A stretch of DNA of 64,000 bases from Octopus bimaculoides (GCF_001194135.2 NC_068982.1:25441657-25505656); one strand, 5' to 3'. Counted from the first letter of the stretch, positions 1 to 13,029 are shown. The notes: generated from the sequence alone by a model not told the origin. A program made the numbers and translations.

Positions 1-417
1 GAGATGAACTGAAGAAAAAAAATATAGGCAAATATGGTGGAAATGATTCTTGCAGCTGAGTTTTAAATATTAAAAATAATTATAACGAAAGAAATATTTT
101 GCTTTGAAATTGTTATACTACGATTTAGCAGATCATCCAATAAAAGTGAAGCAAATGCAGTAAACATTTGTTTAGGCGCAAGTTAATCGTGCTAAAAGCA
201 AGGTTGTAAATATTTAGATATTACTGAAACAAATCCACATGACATCTCGATATCGATTAGTTTATCTTGTCAGTTACCAGCAGTGGGTGAGGTCTAAGAA
301 TGGAAACTTTACAGACTCATTTTGAACGGTTGTACGAATTAACATATTGAGTTATTACAAATGTTGTTCACACATTCATCCTAAGGTGTTTATATATATA
401 TATATAAATATATATAT

Positions 418-845
418 ACTAGCTGAGGATGCCGCCATTGCCGGGCAATTTTCACAATAGATTGCCTTGGCAGATTTTCGGAATAGCACACCCACATATG
501 TTAGATTTTGTCCGTTTTGACAGGAATTTTAAAATCTTTCTTGTTTCTTTTTTTATTACCACACATTTGAAAATGATGGAGAGAAACATTGTTTGAAAAA
601 ATATGTGCTTGGAAATTTGATTCGCAGTCCCACTTCCTGACCCGTTTTGTCCAATTTCTATTTTTCACTATGTACTTACAAACAATGGCACACGCCCTTT
701 CGGTAAAAAATGAAAATTAAAAATTAGAAAATTTATGAGTTTTTTAAACACCATCCACCACTTAATACCGCTTTAGGCCAATTTTCTATTTTTGCACGTC
801 GCCCTCATGAAATTCCCTACGCACATGCATATACACACTGACAAA
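418..845. mobile_element. Possible non-autonomous DNA element (Helitron-like or MITE-like) remnant
   Basis: Starts TACTAGCTGAGGATGCCGCCATTGCCGGGC directly after an (AT)n tract. It contains an internal sub-repeat (CCGTTTTGTCCAATTTCTATTTTTCAC ~641 and CCGCTTTAGGCCAATTTTCTATTTTTGCAC ~768). No clear 3' terminus. Confidence 0.25.
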
Positions 846-864
846 CTCTCACAGTGTGAACGAT

Positions 865-1461
865 TTTATGGTTCATTTACTCACAATGGATGAAACTGGA
901 CTCCAGCATTATGATCTCCAGAACAAGCAGTAATCAATAAAGCGATTTCACAGCGGTTCGCCACGTCACAAAATGTTTCGAATCCGGAAGTCAACTAGAA
1001 AGATCCTGACCTCAGTGTTCTGGAACAAAGACGGAGGACTCATAAAATACCTATCAAAGGGTCGCACCATCAACGTAGAATACTACACATCTCTAATGGA
1101 CGAACTGCGAGAAGCTTTGAAGCAGAAACTCCGTAGAAAGCTGAGCGGTAATGTCCTGTTTTTGTAGGACCATTCACCAGCACACACAGCACATGAAACT
1201 CTACGGAAAATACATGATTCTGTTTTCGAATTTGTAGACCATCCACCTTAATCTCCTGACTTGTCCAACTCTGACTATCACCTCTTTCCACGACTGAGGA
1301 AACATCTCAAGGAAAAGAAATTTCACTCCGATTCGGAAGTGATCGCTGCTACAAAGATCTGGTTGGAAGCCCGACCTTCCGAGTTTCTTTTATAAGGCTT
1401 ACAAAAACTGAAGGACCACTGCAATAAGTGTGTGAATTTGTGAGAGGAATATGTTCAGTAA
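865..1461 (+). mobile_element. Mariner (DD34D) transposase pseudogene, catalytic domain only
   Basis: One frame with 5 internal stops: MVHLLTMDET..., SVFWNKDGG..., *DHSPAH, HPP*SPDLSNSDYHLF, ...KCVNL*EEYVQ*. The second and third Asp are exactly 34 residues apart. Confidence 0.92.
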
Positions 1462-2320
1462 GTGCTCGACTACAATCTAGATTCTGGCTAACAACATCGT
1501 ATTATATGAAATTGTTTGAGGTAAGCAATTACACAATATTTCACTCGATGGGGAGATTCCTATTTTTTAAAAAAAGTTTTGTGCTCATTTCAGTTCCTAC
1601 TCTCTTAATTACTCTTAATCTATCAATATACCCTGAAAATTCTTCTATCAGTATCTTACGTGGCCTATGGGCGAAACTATCCTGATTCAGTTACCGCTTC
1701 TCTGACTACCAATTTCATTGAAACGCTATTCCCCTTAAAACCTTAACGGCCACTCTAGGTTTAAATGATAATAGACTTCATTGCCAAATCGTATTTCACA
1801 ACAACCTTTGCTCTATTCTACACTAAGCACACACATCCTCCACCTAAATTGTACCTAGGATAAGTCTATCAAACACATAGCTCTTCAATTCACTTCAAAA
1901 CCTCGTAGCAGTAGCAACTTGGATAAACCTGAATGGATACGTACACCCGGGATGAACTTATAAACAATTAAACCAATAGGCTGCAGCTAGATACAAGATC
2001 TTAAAATATCTATGCAGTAGAAACACGTGTCGGACAAAGATTTAAAGTGAATATGCTATTATAAACAAGATTTTGAGGATGTAAAATTCTCCATTCTTAC
2101 TTTTAATATACAGTACACACAAAGACACACACACATACACACATTAGTTGCTTTAAAGGCAGCATCCCCGAGGAAGTTCCGACCCACTGCGACTGCTGGA
2201 TCATATTCACTTATAAACTAATTAATGCAATGTTATGAGATTGAAAACTCGGTAACCTGCAGTTGTTGCCACTACCCAGAAACAAATATTTATTTTGTAG
2301 CTAAAACGTGTTTATTTTAT

Positions 2321-2835
2321 NNNNNNNNNNNNNNNNNNNNNNNNNNNNNNNNNNNNNNNNNNNNNNNNNNNNNNNNNNNNNNNNNNNNNNNNNNNNNNNN
2401 NNNNNNNNNNNNNNNNNNNNNNNNNNNNNNNNNNNNNNNNNNNNNNNNNNNNNNNNNNNNNNNNNNNNNNNNNNNNNNNNNNNNNNNNNNNNNNNNNNNN
2501 NNNNNNNNNNNNNNNNNNNNNNNNNNNNNNNNNNNNNNNNNNNNNNNNNNNNNNNNNNNNNNNNNNNNNNNNNNNNNNNNNNNNNNNNNNNNNNNNNNNN
2601 NNNNNNNNNNNNNNNNNNNNNNNNNNNNNNNNNNNNNNNNNNNNNNNNNNNNNNNNNNNNNNNNNNNNNNNNNNNNNNNNNNNNNNNNNNNNNNNNNNNN
2701 NNNNNNNNNNNNNNNNNNNNNNNNNNNNNNNNNNNNNNNNNNNNNNNNNNNNNNNNNNNNNNNNNNNNNNNNNNNNNNNNNNNNNNNNNNNNNNNNNNNN
2801 NNNNNNNNNNNNNNNNNNNNNNNNNNNNNNNNNNN
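2321..2835. other. Assembly gap (first of 10: 2321-2835, 7419-7505, 14829-14887, 20772-20841, 28243-28420, 32914-33640, 44837-45295, 47949-48157, 51716-51768, 53243-53863)
   Basis: N runs, many flanked by (TA)n or (CA)n microsatellites. Confidence 0.98.
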
Positions 2836-3464
2836 TATACACACACATACAATTCAAATAAAAAAAAGACAATTATACATCTACAGAGGTTTTATTATTA
2901 CAGTCATTTATGAAGCGTAGCGTATTCACTTTAAAACTCTTTCCGAGATATGTTTCTGCTGCACGGATACCTTGCAATCGTGTTTTCATTTGCATTTTGT
3001 TTATTCATTTGCATCAAGATTTCATTCCGGTTACAAACGTGTCAATGTGTTGCTACTATTAAAGCTTGAAGCCAACTGGAATATTATTGTTTAGATAATC
3101 TTACATTTTATTAGGGTACAATTAGTGTTGAAGGGAAAGAATAAAGGAGGAAGTAGTTAGAAACATGATATGGCTCTAAATTCTGCTATTAAATCGACTC
3201 TAGGATGACCCTAAGGTTTGAATATCGAATCATGAATGTTCGATGTTAATCTAGGTCAAAATAGCTTTCATCCACTAGATTTAAGGTCATCTCAGCGTTT
3301 ATCTGATAATGAGCTAGTAAAATCTTTAGTACACTGGAATAAATGCTTTGCTGTATTTGTTTCCCCCTCCGAGACTGACAAAATAAAATGCCAAGTATTC
3401 GGGTCGTCTTTCTTCACTTAAAATACTGGCCTTATGCTGAGATGAGAATTGTATTTGTGCGTGC

Positions 3465-3465
<1 letters not shown>

Positions 3466-3524
<59 letters not shown>

Positions 3525-3525
3525 G

Positions 3526-3599
<74 letters not shown>
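3466..3599. repeat. Compound microsatellite (GT)n-(GACA)n-(GATA)n
   Basis: Directly visible. Confidence 0.97.
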
Positions 3600-3600
<1 letters not shown>

Positions 3601-5314
3601 ACAAACCAGCTTCATAAACACACTGTCCGGTAGCGTCAGACACATACACAAACACATAAATAGTCTTAACAGCGTCACATACACTCGTGGATGCATATAC
3701 GCAAACGCGTAGAAACGTTAAAATCTTCCTCCATTTTTCTTCAGTGTAAACCTAGTATACGCTCTTTGCTGTGATTTTATCTCATTTTTGTGGTTCGTTC
3801 TATTCTTTAACTATGTTACCGCGCGCGCGCGTGTGTGTGCGCACGCGCGTCTGTGTAAGCGTGTGTGCGTGTGTGTGTGTGCGTGTGTGTGTGTGTGCGT
3901 GTAATATGAAAGACAGAAGAAGAGTAAAATATATGAATTCTTGGGTGGTACGTATTTCTTAGTATCTCAGTATATGCGTTTGTCTGTTGTTCAAGAGTTC
4001 TGAATATGTAGAATAAATGATTTTTTTCAGATTTTGCAAATGAGGACAGTTGCGAATTCATATTGGTTCAACTGATTAAAAACAAAACGCTTGTATTTGA
4101 CATTTTTATAAATATGGAAGTATTCTATTTATTAATCCCGTCTGGTTTCTAACTCCCCAAAGTCATAATCGATTTGGTGAGGATTTTTCTTTATAGAACG
4201 GTTTTCTATCGTTCAAGTGAATAATTACAATACAACAGATCGTTAAGTTATAAGAGTTAATTATCTTTAGTAGTCACTTAATAATTTCAATGTTTTAACA
4301 CAGCTTATGCTTTATATTATAAATAAATAAAACAAAAAATATGAAAAACTCTATGAAGATAGAATAACTATTAAAAAAACTGAGATGTAATGTTATATTA
4401 CAAAAATTCTTTTATTATAGAAATATTTTTGTCATCCAACTATTCTACTTGATAGAATTATAGCTTTATATTTGCTAACATGACAAAAAATCATTAACAA
4501 CTAGATTCTGCTTGTGTTTGCTAATCCCACATGACAACCAATTGAATGAGTGATATCGACTGTACTTAAAATGTTGACGTTTTAAGTAGGTTTCTGATAA
4601 CATCAGTTCGGACACTATTTAATTTTGCTTGCCTGAGTACTAGGCGGCGCTGATGTGAGTAGTAAAGGGGGAATCAATAAAATTGTACGTTTTAAATAGA
4701 TCTCAGTTCTGTTTTCTAATAAAATGTATTGTGATCTTTTACTTTTACAATTTACATCTCATGACAGTTGTTTTCAATCGAGTTAATAAATGACTTCTAG
4801 CGCAGGCACAAGGTTAGATGCTTATTGGGAGTGTAATAATCAATTGTATCAAACGCAATACTTAAGTGATGCGTTATTTTATCGACTCCTTAAAAGTGAA
4901 GACGAAATCGACGTCAGAGAAGAATTTGAGAATAAAGTGTAAATATTTGAAACAAATGACACAGGGGAGTCTTCAGGATATTTCAATGATTCTGTCATCT
5001 ATCGACCTTCAGTAGATATCAACAACCGAATTGGCAGGATATTTAAGGCAACAGATCATCACCTCTTTGATTTATTTGTTCCAGCTATCTGCACTCTGAG
5101 TTCAAATCAGGCTGAGTTCAATCCTATCATTTTATTCACCGGGAATCAAATTGACGACCTTACGATCGTGATACGAATAATCTAACCACTAAGCTACGCG
5201 CCTTCACGAGATGAGTCTGGAGGGAGTATCACTAACGACTCTGCAGAAAGGAAGGAGGCCTGAGCAAGAGGCTACGAAGCTCTTTTCAGAGAAATAATAT
5301 GTTGCAGGACCCAC

Positions 5315-5555
5315 CTTAGCCATGTGCTGAGAAGAATTATTTGGCGTGTGGATAATTTACCATTGGAAACATAAGTGTTTCGTTCAACATCCCCAAACAA
5401 CCCTTACTCAGGGACCTTTTGCGCGGGATGCCCTACTCGACCTGAATTAAACATTCTAACTGGGCCCCACCTGCAAGGTTATGCGCTGTTAATCTTGATA
5501 AGTGATCAACATGTCGCGCACATATTGTTGTGATGCATGTGCCTAGGGTAACCTT
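5315..5555 (+). mobile_element. Interspersed repeat fragment (family also at ~40935-41205)
   Basis: GCCATGTGCTGAGAAGAATTATTTGGCGTGTGGATAATT...GTGTTTCGTTCAACATCCCCAAACAA aligns with 41125-41200 GCCATGTGTTGAGAGGAATTCTTTGGGGTTTGGATAATT...GTGTTTCGTTCAACCTCCTTGAACAA. Confidence 0.7.
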
Positions 5556-6684
5556 TTGGAAAGTTGGAACTTTTCTGGCAATGATTCGATTCAAGCATAA
5601 ATAACAACAAAAACAATAGTTAAAAATAGCATAAAAAATAATATTAGGCTCTACACAGAATATCGGTTTCGTTTGCCTTAGAATAATAGAATTTGAGAAA
5701 AACGATTTTAGAGTATATACAAACCCTACAAGCGTACCCAAGTCAGAATAAGACCTACCTTTGCATAAAACATAAGTTAGTTTGACATGATTGAAATAGA
5801 GAATGTTAAAAGACAATTTAGAATGGAATTAGGAGTTGAGTTATAACAATATTAGTTATAGACTATAGCTTATTTCGGTGGGTGCAATTTAAGCTTATTT
5901 GACCGTTCCAAGAAAGTATTTACTTTATTGCATTTGATATAATAATCACAAGAGATTCGGTAACTAAAAATACATTATAGACGTGTTGGTATATAAATAT
6001 GCACATTTTTCAACGATTTAATTACTTTTAGACGCCTTCAACATAAAAGAAATCAATTAAGTCAATGGTAAAATATTTATTGTAATTGAATTAAAAAGGT
6101 ATGTTAAAATAATTATTCAGTCAGTTAATAATTATTCAGTTAGTGTTATGACTTCAAACAAATACGAGAGACATTTCTATTAATGATTCGCAATTATCTT
6201 GAACATATCTGCAACATACTACCTAATTGCATATGTTAAATCCGATTTAATTTTTGTTTTTCATTCAAATGAAACCTCGGCGTTATTTTCTAATCTGAAT
6301 ATACATGAGTATCAAAGGATACAATGATTAACCAATATAAGTATCTTATCATTGCCCACTGTCTAAATAGGGAGTTGCGAATACATGCGTACAGCTACAG
6401 TGTATCGCTAGCCACTTACAACCTTACCTAGAATGCGCTAAATCAAATAAGTTGGTTAACACAAGAATTAACTTGAAATATCAATAATAAGAGAGAAGTA
6501 AGCTAGGAACTCCCACAATTTCTTCAAAGATAGCATCACTATATGTTGGAAATTGTCACTACCTTAATAGTTTCAAGCGATACAGTGAAAATGTCATTAT
6601 GTCCATTAGAGCAAAGAAATAGAAAAAAAATAGCGACAATACAAGACAGATAAGGGAGTCGGACAGATGACTTAAAACACAATG

Positions 6685-6688
<4 letters not shown>

Positions 6689-6761
<73 letters not shown>

Positions 6762-6842
6762 GAGAGAGACAGACAGAGACAGAGACAGAGACAGACAGAC
6801 AGAGACAGAGAGACAGAGAGAGACAGAGACAGAGAGAGAGAC

Positions 6843-6889
<47 letters not shown>

Positions 6890-6937
6890 GAGACAGAGAC
6901 AGACAGACAGACTGACAGACAGTAACAGAGAGAGAGC
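6689..6937. repeat. (GA)n / (GACA)n-degenerate microsatellite
   Basis: Directly visible. Confidence 0.97.
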
Positions 6938-7137
6938 AGAAATCGGACACGCCTGTTTTGTTTTGTTATTCAAATACTTAGAGTTAGACGAAAGTAAAAG
7001 TTTAGATATGAAATCTATGCGATTATTTGTCATATTAAAAATACAAAAGAATAAAACTTATCTGTATAACAATTCCGCCATGAAACCTATTAGCAGTACT
7101 CACCATATTTTATAGTTCCGTTTTACCGAGTAGAAAC

Positions 7138-7418
7138 TTAATATATATTACTTATATATCGTAACTCTGCTGGTCTACAAAATACCCTACCTAGATAAGA
7201 TCTGGATGACCCAACACTGTTTACCCATGTACAGACTGGAGTCTTCGGGAAATTTAGTCTGAACCTGTCCGCCAGCTGGAAACGACGGATCAGGTTTGCG
7301 AGGCTTGCAATGTCATACGGAAAGTTCCGCTTAATGCTCGTATAAGTCTCTAATGTCATTCACACCATCATTAGGCTCTCTGGTACTCTAAAGTGTTAGA
7401 GCTGCAGATTCTCCCCCC
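7138..7418 (-). pseudogene. Non-LTR retrotransposon ORF2 AP-endonuclease fragment (L1/Tx1-like)
   Basis: LIRRFQLADRFRLNFPKTPVCTWVNSVGSSRSYLGRVF matches the APE C-terminal pattern L.D.(W/F)R..(H/F)P...TW....S(R/Y)(I/L)DR.F. Truncated before the RT domain. Confidence 0.65.
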
Positions 7419-7505
7419 NNNNNNNNNNNNNNNNNNNNNNNNNNNNNNNNNNNNNNNNNNNNNNNNNNNNNNNNNNNNNNNNNNNNNNNNNNNNNNNNNN
7501 NNNNN

Positions 7506-8805
7506 CTCTGTTTCAATGTTCTCGTCTTGTGCTTTGAGAGTCATCAGCTTTCCATCGGCCCTCCTCACTAGCACGAAATTCTGCTGCTGCACAGATTGTT
7601 GTTGTTGTGACGTTTTTCCTTTCAAAGTTTCTTGTTTTTGATTCTGTTCTGGGTGTGTGTAATGGTGTTGGTAATTGTGGTGCTTGTAGTGTGGGGGTTG
7701 TCATCAGTATGTCAGTGTTTGCCGCTTCTTGGATTTCTTCCATTTTTCTGTGTCTCTTTTTATTTTTTTTGTCATTTGTCCTCCCCTGTCATCAACACTT
7801 GGATGCGCGGAGGAGCCCGTGTTACGTATGTTTTCTTCTGATACTGTTTGTTCTGGTTCTCTTGTACTTGTTGTTGCTCCTGCTACTGTAGCTTCTGCCA
7901 CTGCTGCTGGTGCTACTCCCACTGCTTCTGGTGCTACTCCCACTGCTGCTGGTGCTACTCTCACTGCCACCTTTACTCTAATACCTGTTTTGTCTCCTTG
8001 GGTTCAATTTCTGTTTCTATTCCCCTGCCTTTCTGTTGTTGTTGTTTTCGTCAACTCATGGGATGTGGGGCTTTTGTTTGGGCATTTCTTTTTACCCTTC
8101 TGTTCTGGTTCTGTGGGCAGAAAAACCATAAGTGATCCATTGAACCACAATCGCGGCACTTCGGCTTTCTGCCTTCCATGTTAACCTTTAATTCTACTCC
8201 ATTCGAGTGGGAAATCAGGTCTGGTACTTTCTCTAGCTGCTTTGGCTTCATGTGGAGAAGAACCGCCAAGGTAGTCCCAACGCAATCTTCCCTCCTCGAT
8301 CTTTTAACATCCATAAGGTTCTTTCCCTCGTCCGTACAAATACAAGCGAGAATCCACCATAAATCCAGGCCTGGTGGGACTTCAGGTGCTGTAATTCGTA
8401 CCACCCTTCTTCCAATGTACGTTGGGAAGCGGACGATTTCCTTGGTACGACGCGTGGTCACCGAGTTTTGTATCGACTGCCCCTCGGTCTTAAAAAGGAC
8501 CTCTACCCCGCCGTACTGTCTCGCTGTCGCAATGTAGTGGATATCCTGCCATATGTTTTTCAAGGTTTTTTCATCCTGGTTACAATTTAGCATTTTTGGA
8601 GTTTCCTTTCCTTTGTGTTCACGTACCTGTAGACAACTGTCTGTTTGGCTGTTGCTTCAAGCATATCGCGTGGAGACGTCAATTCTGCCTTCCTTCCATT
8701 CATTTTCATACATTTTCTAACTTGTTTAGTCTTTCTATTTTGTTCTCCAAATTCCTTAGCTGCCGTGATATTTGCAAAGGTCTGTTTCTCGCCGCTAACT
8801 CCAGC
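7506..8805 (-). mobile_element. Non-LTR retrotransposon ORF1 (gag-like, CCHC zinc knuckle), frameshifted; Tx1/L1-like
   Basis: ORF 8051-8593 contains EGRKPKCRDCGSMDHLWFFCP (C-x2-C-x4-H-x4-C). An upstream piece (8596-8805) and a long low-complexity, basic/Thr-rich tail (7506-8050) lie in other frames. GC content is higher than the flanks and an APE fragment follows. Confidence 0.8.
7903..7965. repeat. 21-bp tandem repeat x3 inside ORF1
   Basis: GCTGCTGGTGCTACTCCCACT / GCTTCTGGTGCTACTCCCACT / GCTGCTGGTGCTACTCTCACT. Confidence 0.95.
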
Positions 8806-8809
8806 TACC

Positions 8810-8852
<43 letters not shown>

Positions 8853-9049
8853 GTGATAATAATAAAGATGATGACGACGAAGAAGAAGAAGAAGAAGAAG
8901 AAGAAGAAGAAGAAGAAGAAGAAGAAGAAGAAGAAGAAGAAGAAGAAGAAGAAGAAGAAGAAGAAGAAGAAGAAGAAGAAGAAGAAGAAGAAGAAGAAGA
9001 AGAAGAAGAAGAAGAAGAAGAAGAAGAAGAAGAAGAAGAAGAAGAAGAA
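8810..9049. repeat. Compound trinucleotide tract (AAT)n-(GAT)-(GAC)-(GAA)n
   Basis: Directly visible; source of the spurious poly-E/poly-K/poly-S/poly-L ORFs. Confidence 0.98.
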
Positions 9050-9691
9050 ATATTTTTAAAATAATCTTCCACACATCTTTTGTTCATTCCACTCATCCGA
9101 TATTTGACATTAACCATCTCAAGAACAAAATCTATCAACTCAATATATAATATCTACTTCCATTATTCACAATACATCTAATAACACAATAATCAGTTTA
9201 TTGCGTCTGACATCAATTAATTAAATAAGTTTTAAAACATATTTCATCATAATTACGACAATTATCGTAGTATTTATCTTGAGATTTTTTTTAATGTTCT
9301 GCAATCTACGTGATTACTTATTGTAGAAAATAACAATATTTGTAATATGAAAGTTCAACGTATCATAATTATGTACAGCCATCTAAGAAAGAAATACTTA
9401 CGAATCACTAATAGTTATAACTTAAATAGTAATAGATATATTACTATGAATGAATAAGAAAAAAATATATACGAATATATATGATATACTTATTTTCGGT
9501 TCTAAACTTTTCGAGATGAAGCCCTGCTGCTATAAACGAAGAAAAAAAAAAGAGATAATCAAGATACATCAGGAACATGACATGTTCTATCAAATGTTCC
9601 TTCATAACACTTAGATCAGTATTTCATTTAGGTTCAGCTTGAGGCTGCATTTCTCAATCAAATAATATTAATACGACGATGAAATTAAAGT

Positions 9692-9895
9692 CGGTGAGCT
9701 GGCAGAATCGTTGGCGCACCAACCAAAATATTTAGAGGTATTCCTTCGAGGTTTTACGTTCTGAATTCAAATGCAGTCGAAGTAGATTTTGCATTTGATC
9801 CTTACAGGGTTGGTAAAATAATGTGCGTGGTAGTCCGTGGAGACGATTTAATCGATACTCTTCTTTATAAATTTCAGGCCTTGTAGAAATAATTA
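9692..9895 (+). mobile_element. tRNA-derived SINE, family A, diverged copy
   Basis: GGTGAGCTGGCAGAATCGTTGGCGCACC head and GAATTCAAAT B-box-like motif; aligns with 62593-62820. Confidence 0.75.
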
Positions 9896-12800
9896 TTAAC
9901 AAGATGAATTATGCTTGTGTATAAAGTATATTTGTTGATTTCTCTTCAACTTATTCTTTTGCTAATAAATCAAAAATTAACGACACCTTTTAGGTTCTCG
10001 AACAATTTCTATTTCAGACTTGATCTATTCACCATCACTTATATTGATATTCCATTCGAAAATAATTAATATGCTGTTCTCATACAAATTAATTGCCTGT
10101 TACTTGGGCATTATACGTTAAGTTCATTTAGACATGGGTGTAACTTATTAGTTAGATATGTTAACATGTCTTCAGCAGCAATAGTGAATATTGAATGTGG
10201 TCCTAGTTACCTATTGTCATTGTTAATAATGATTGAGTAGGCACAAATAAATGCGTTAAAATAGTGATAATTCTGACTAATTTTGAGTGAACTATGTTGC
10301 ATGCACGGTGTTCCACGGTATATACACACACACACGTACACACGCGCACGCGCATGTGTGTCTGTGTATACGTGCGAGTGCGTACGCCTACATATAGTTA
10401 TCTATAGTTATGGAACTGTATATGAAAGACGAAACCGCCTCTGCCATTTCGAAAGATACAAATCAGTTTTGACTAGTTCATAAGAACCAATATTGATTTG
10501 TGATAAAAGCACATAGATATAACTGCAGGTTTATATCGACTGGAACAGTAAATGTATATGCAATCGATTGAATTAGTCCAAGGTATATATAACTTATCAA
10601 TTCTAGGTAATAACGTGAAACTTTTCTGAAAAATTGCTCTCGGCAATGCAACGACAATCATTCATGTTTCACATTTTAGAATAACTTCCATCCTGGATCT
10701 ATTCGTTGCAGGAAGATGATTGAGTGCAAAAAAAGTAGAAGATATGGCAGAAAGTGTGAATCACTCATGAAGAAGTCGCAGATTTTGTGTAAGATTACTT
10801 TAAAATTACGAGGAATAATTACAGTGTCAAAGAATTGTCACTTCATATTCAATAACAGTGTCACATAGACATGACCATAAAATTGACGATGAGTGCATAT
10901 ATAATATACATATCAAGGAATTGCTTTCAGAGATGGATATATGCTTATATATAATGGTTAAAATGCTGAAATATTGATATAATTTTATAGATGTAGCTAG
11001 ATGAAGAAGAGAGTTAAATTTGATCTTCACGCAGTGGCACAGCAACGAAGAGACACAATTATTTTGGCGTTTGTATGTTTAGACAATAGCAGCAAATTCT
11101 TCGAAATCACACACCGCTACCATTAAATGAGTGCAGTATATATTTGGTTTTGATCATTAGTATTCTGAATCAAGGCAATCATCTTGCTAAACAACAACAA
11201 CAAAACAAAACAAAAAAACGTGAGATATGCAAGAAACAAACGAATTATTTCTATATTCAAACGTCAAATTGCTTCAACGAGTTAATATTTCAATATATTC
11301 GTTTGGGAATAAATGCGATGTGAATTATAAACAGTTGTAAGTAGAGGATGCAGCAACAGAAATTAGGAATACAATGAAGTTCAGGCAAATAAATGAAGTT
11401 TTGCTAAATATAGTGCTGCCAAAAATAAAGAATAAAACTAACAGAACGACGTGAATAGTGTTTAGATTAACAAAGAAATGCACTTTTTATTCTTAGGCAA
11501 TGTCTTTTAAACTATTGCTTATTTATGTAATATAAAGAGAACATGATAGCACTGGATGATTACGTTTACAATACATTACATGCTCTGCTGCAGCTGCGCA
11601 AGAACAAATTCAAAACAAATACTGAACCAACATAAAATGTCTTGATCTGCAAGAAACAGCAGCCGAATTTCCTTAAAGTTGCATTAAACTGTCTTATAGA
11701 AAATAATAAAAAGAATACATTGGATAACGTACTTAGGGGAATGGGTATATTGAAAACAATACAAGACAAATTCTTTTATAAAGGTGTCAAGTTTGATCAT
11801 AGGTCTAGGGTTTGATTTGAGGTTGCACAATAATACGCTAATACAATCACAATTTGGTGATATATATATATATATATATACATACATACATGCAAACAAA
11901 AATACATAGGCATAAAAATATCTAGATAGCTAGATTGACTTGTGTTTAAGGTATTCAATATATGTAGTCAGTAACCGTAGAACATGGGAGACTCTGAAAA
12001 GTAATAGAATGAGTAATAAGCTCCAAACGAGAATAACGATATAATTGCGTGTCTGTCTGTCTGTGTGTTTGCATATGTGCGCGCGTGCGCAAGCAAGTTA
12101 TAAACACCGTATTTCAGAATAATAGAAATGAAAATTCATTGAACAAATTTGAAATAACCTTTTTTATTGTCTGCAAAAATGTGAGTTTTAATTTAATCTA
12201 CAGTGATAGCTTTATGAAAGTCTGATAAAACATTTTGCCAAAAATAAGCACGTCACGTTTTGCCAATTATTTGGCTGTAATGGCTTGAAAAGTCGAATAA
12301 AGAACATATTACATTTAAGTAAAGATATTTCTTGACAGCCAGGCTACTTAAATCTGACAAAATGATTGGGGATTTTTCTATTCTGTTAGATTTTTTGTTG
12401 TTGTTTTTTTTAACATTTTTTCCTAATATAAAAAGAAAACATACTTAAGTTTTATCTAAAATAATACTTCTTAAATGAACTTATTAAGTTGAAGTTCTCT
12501 TTTTATTTCATGCCTTAAGATGTTTTTTAAATCCTAAAATTAATACTATTCAATGTGACATTTGGCACTATTTCTGATAAATCCACTTGCAAATTAAAAT
12601 ACATTTTGGTTGAAAAATAAGATTAAACCCACTCCACGGCAACATTTTTGTTTAGATAAATAATAGCATATTTTATACGCAAAAAAAAAAAACAAACTGA
12701 AAATCTGATTTATTCAATGCAGTGATTAAGATATGGTATTTAACAAATGTTTGAGAGAAAAAGGTCGCCAACAATCATCATTTATCAGGCTAAGATATGT

Positions 12801-13029
12801 TGATATGTTTTCTAAAGAAATGTAGTTTTGTGTTTTCTGATTCATTATAATTCTTTTTTAATTATTGGCTTTAAACTTTGCCACGAGGCCAGTAAAATGG
12901 TAGCTTCTCGAGTCTGAGAATGACAGTTCTGCAATTTCTTGCTAAACAAGCTGAACTAATGATTTGTTTGTAGTGATCAAATATTCGTGCTCCACATTAG
13001 CTCGCTTTTTCTATCAAATAGACATTATT

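Noticed and set aside
2225-2920. Long ORFs spanning N-gaps (also 28117-28469, 32820-33771, 44793-45299, 47779-48375, 53165-53976)
   Set aside because: They are open only because N codons contain no stops.
3236-3421. ORF with LVHWNKC resembling a mariner C-terminus
   Set aside because: The match is too short and no catalytic motifs are nearby.
8587-9138. ORFs with poly-Ser, poly-Glu, poly-Lys, poly-Leu
   Set aside because: Translations of the (GAA)n/(AAT)n microsatellite in different frames.
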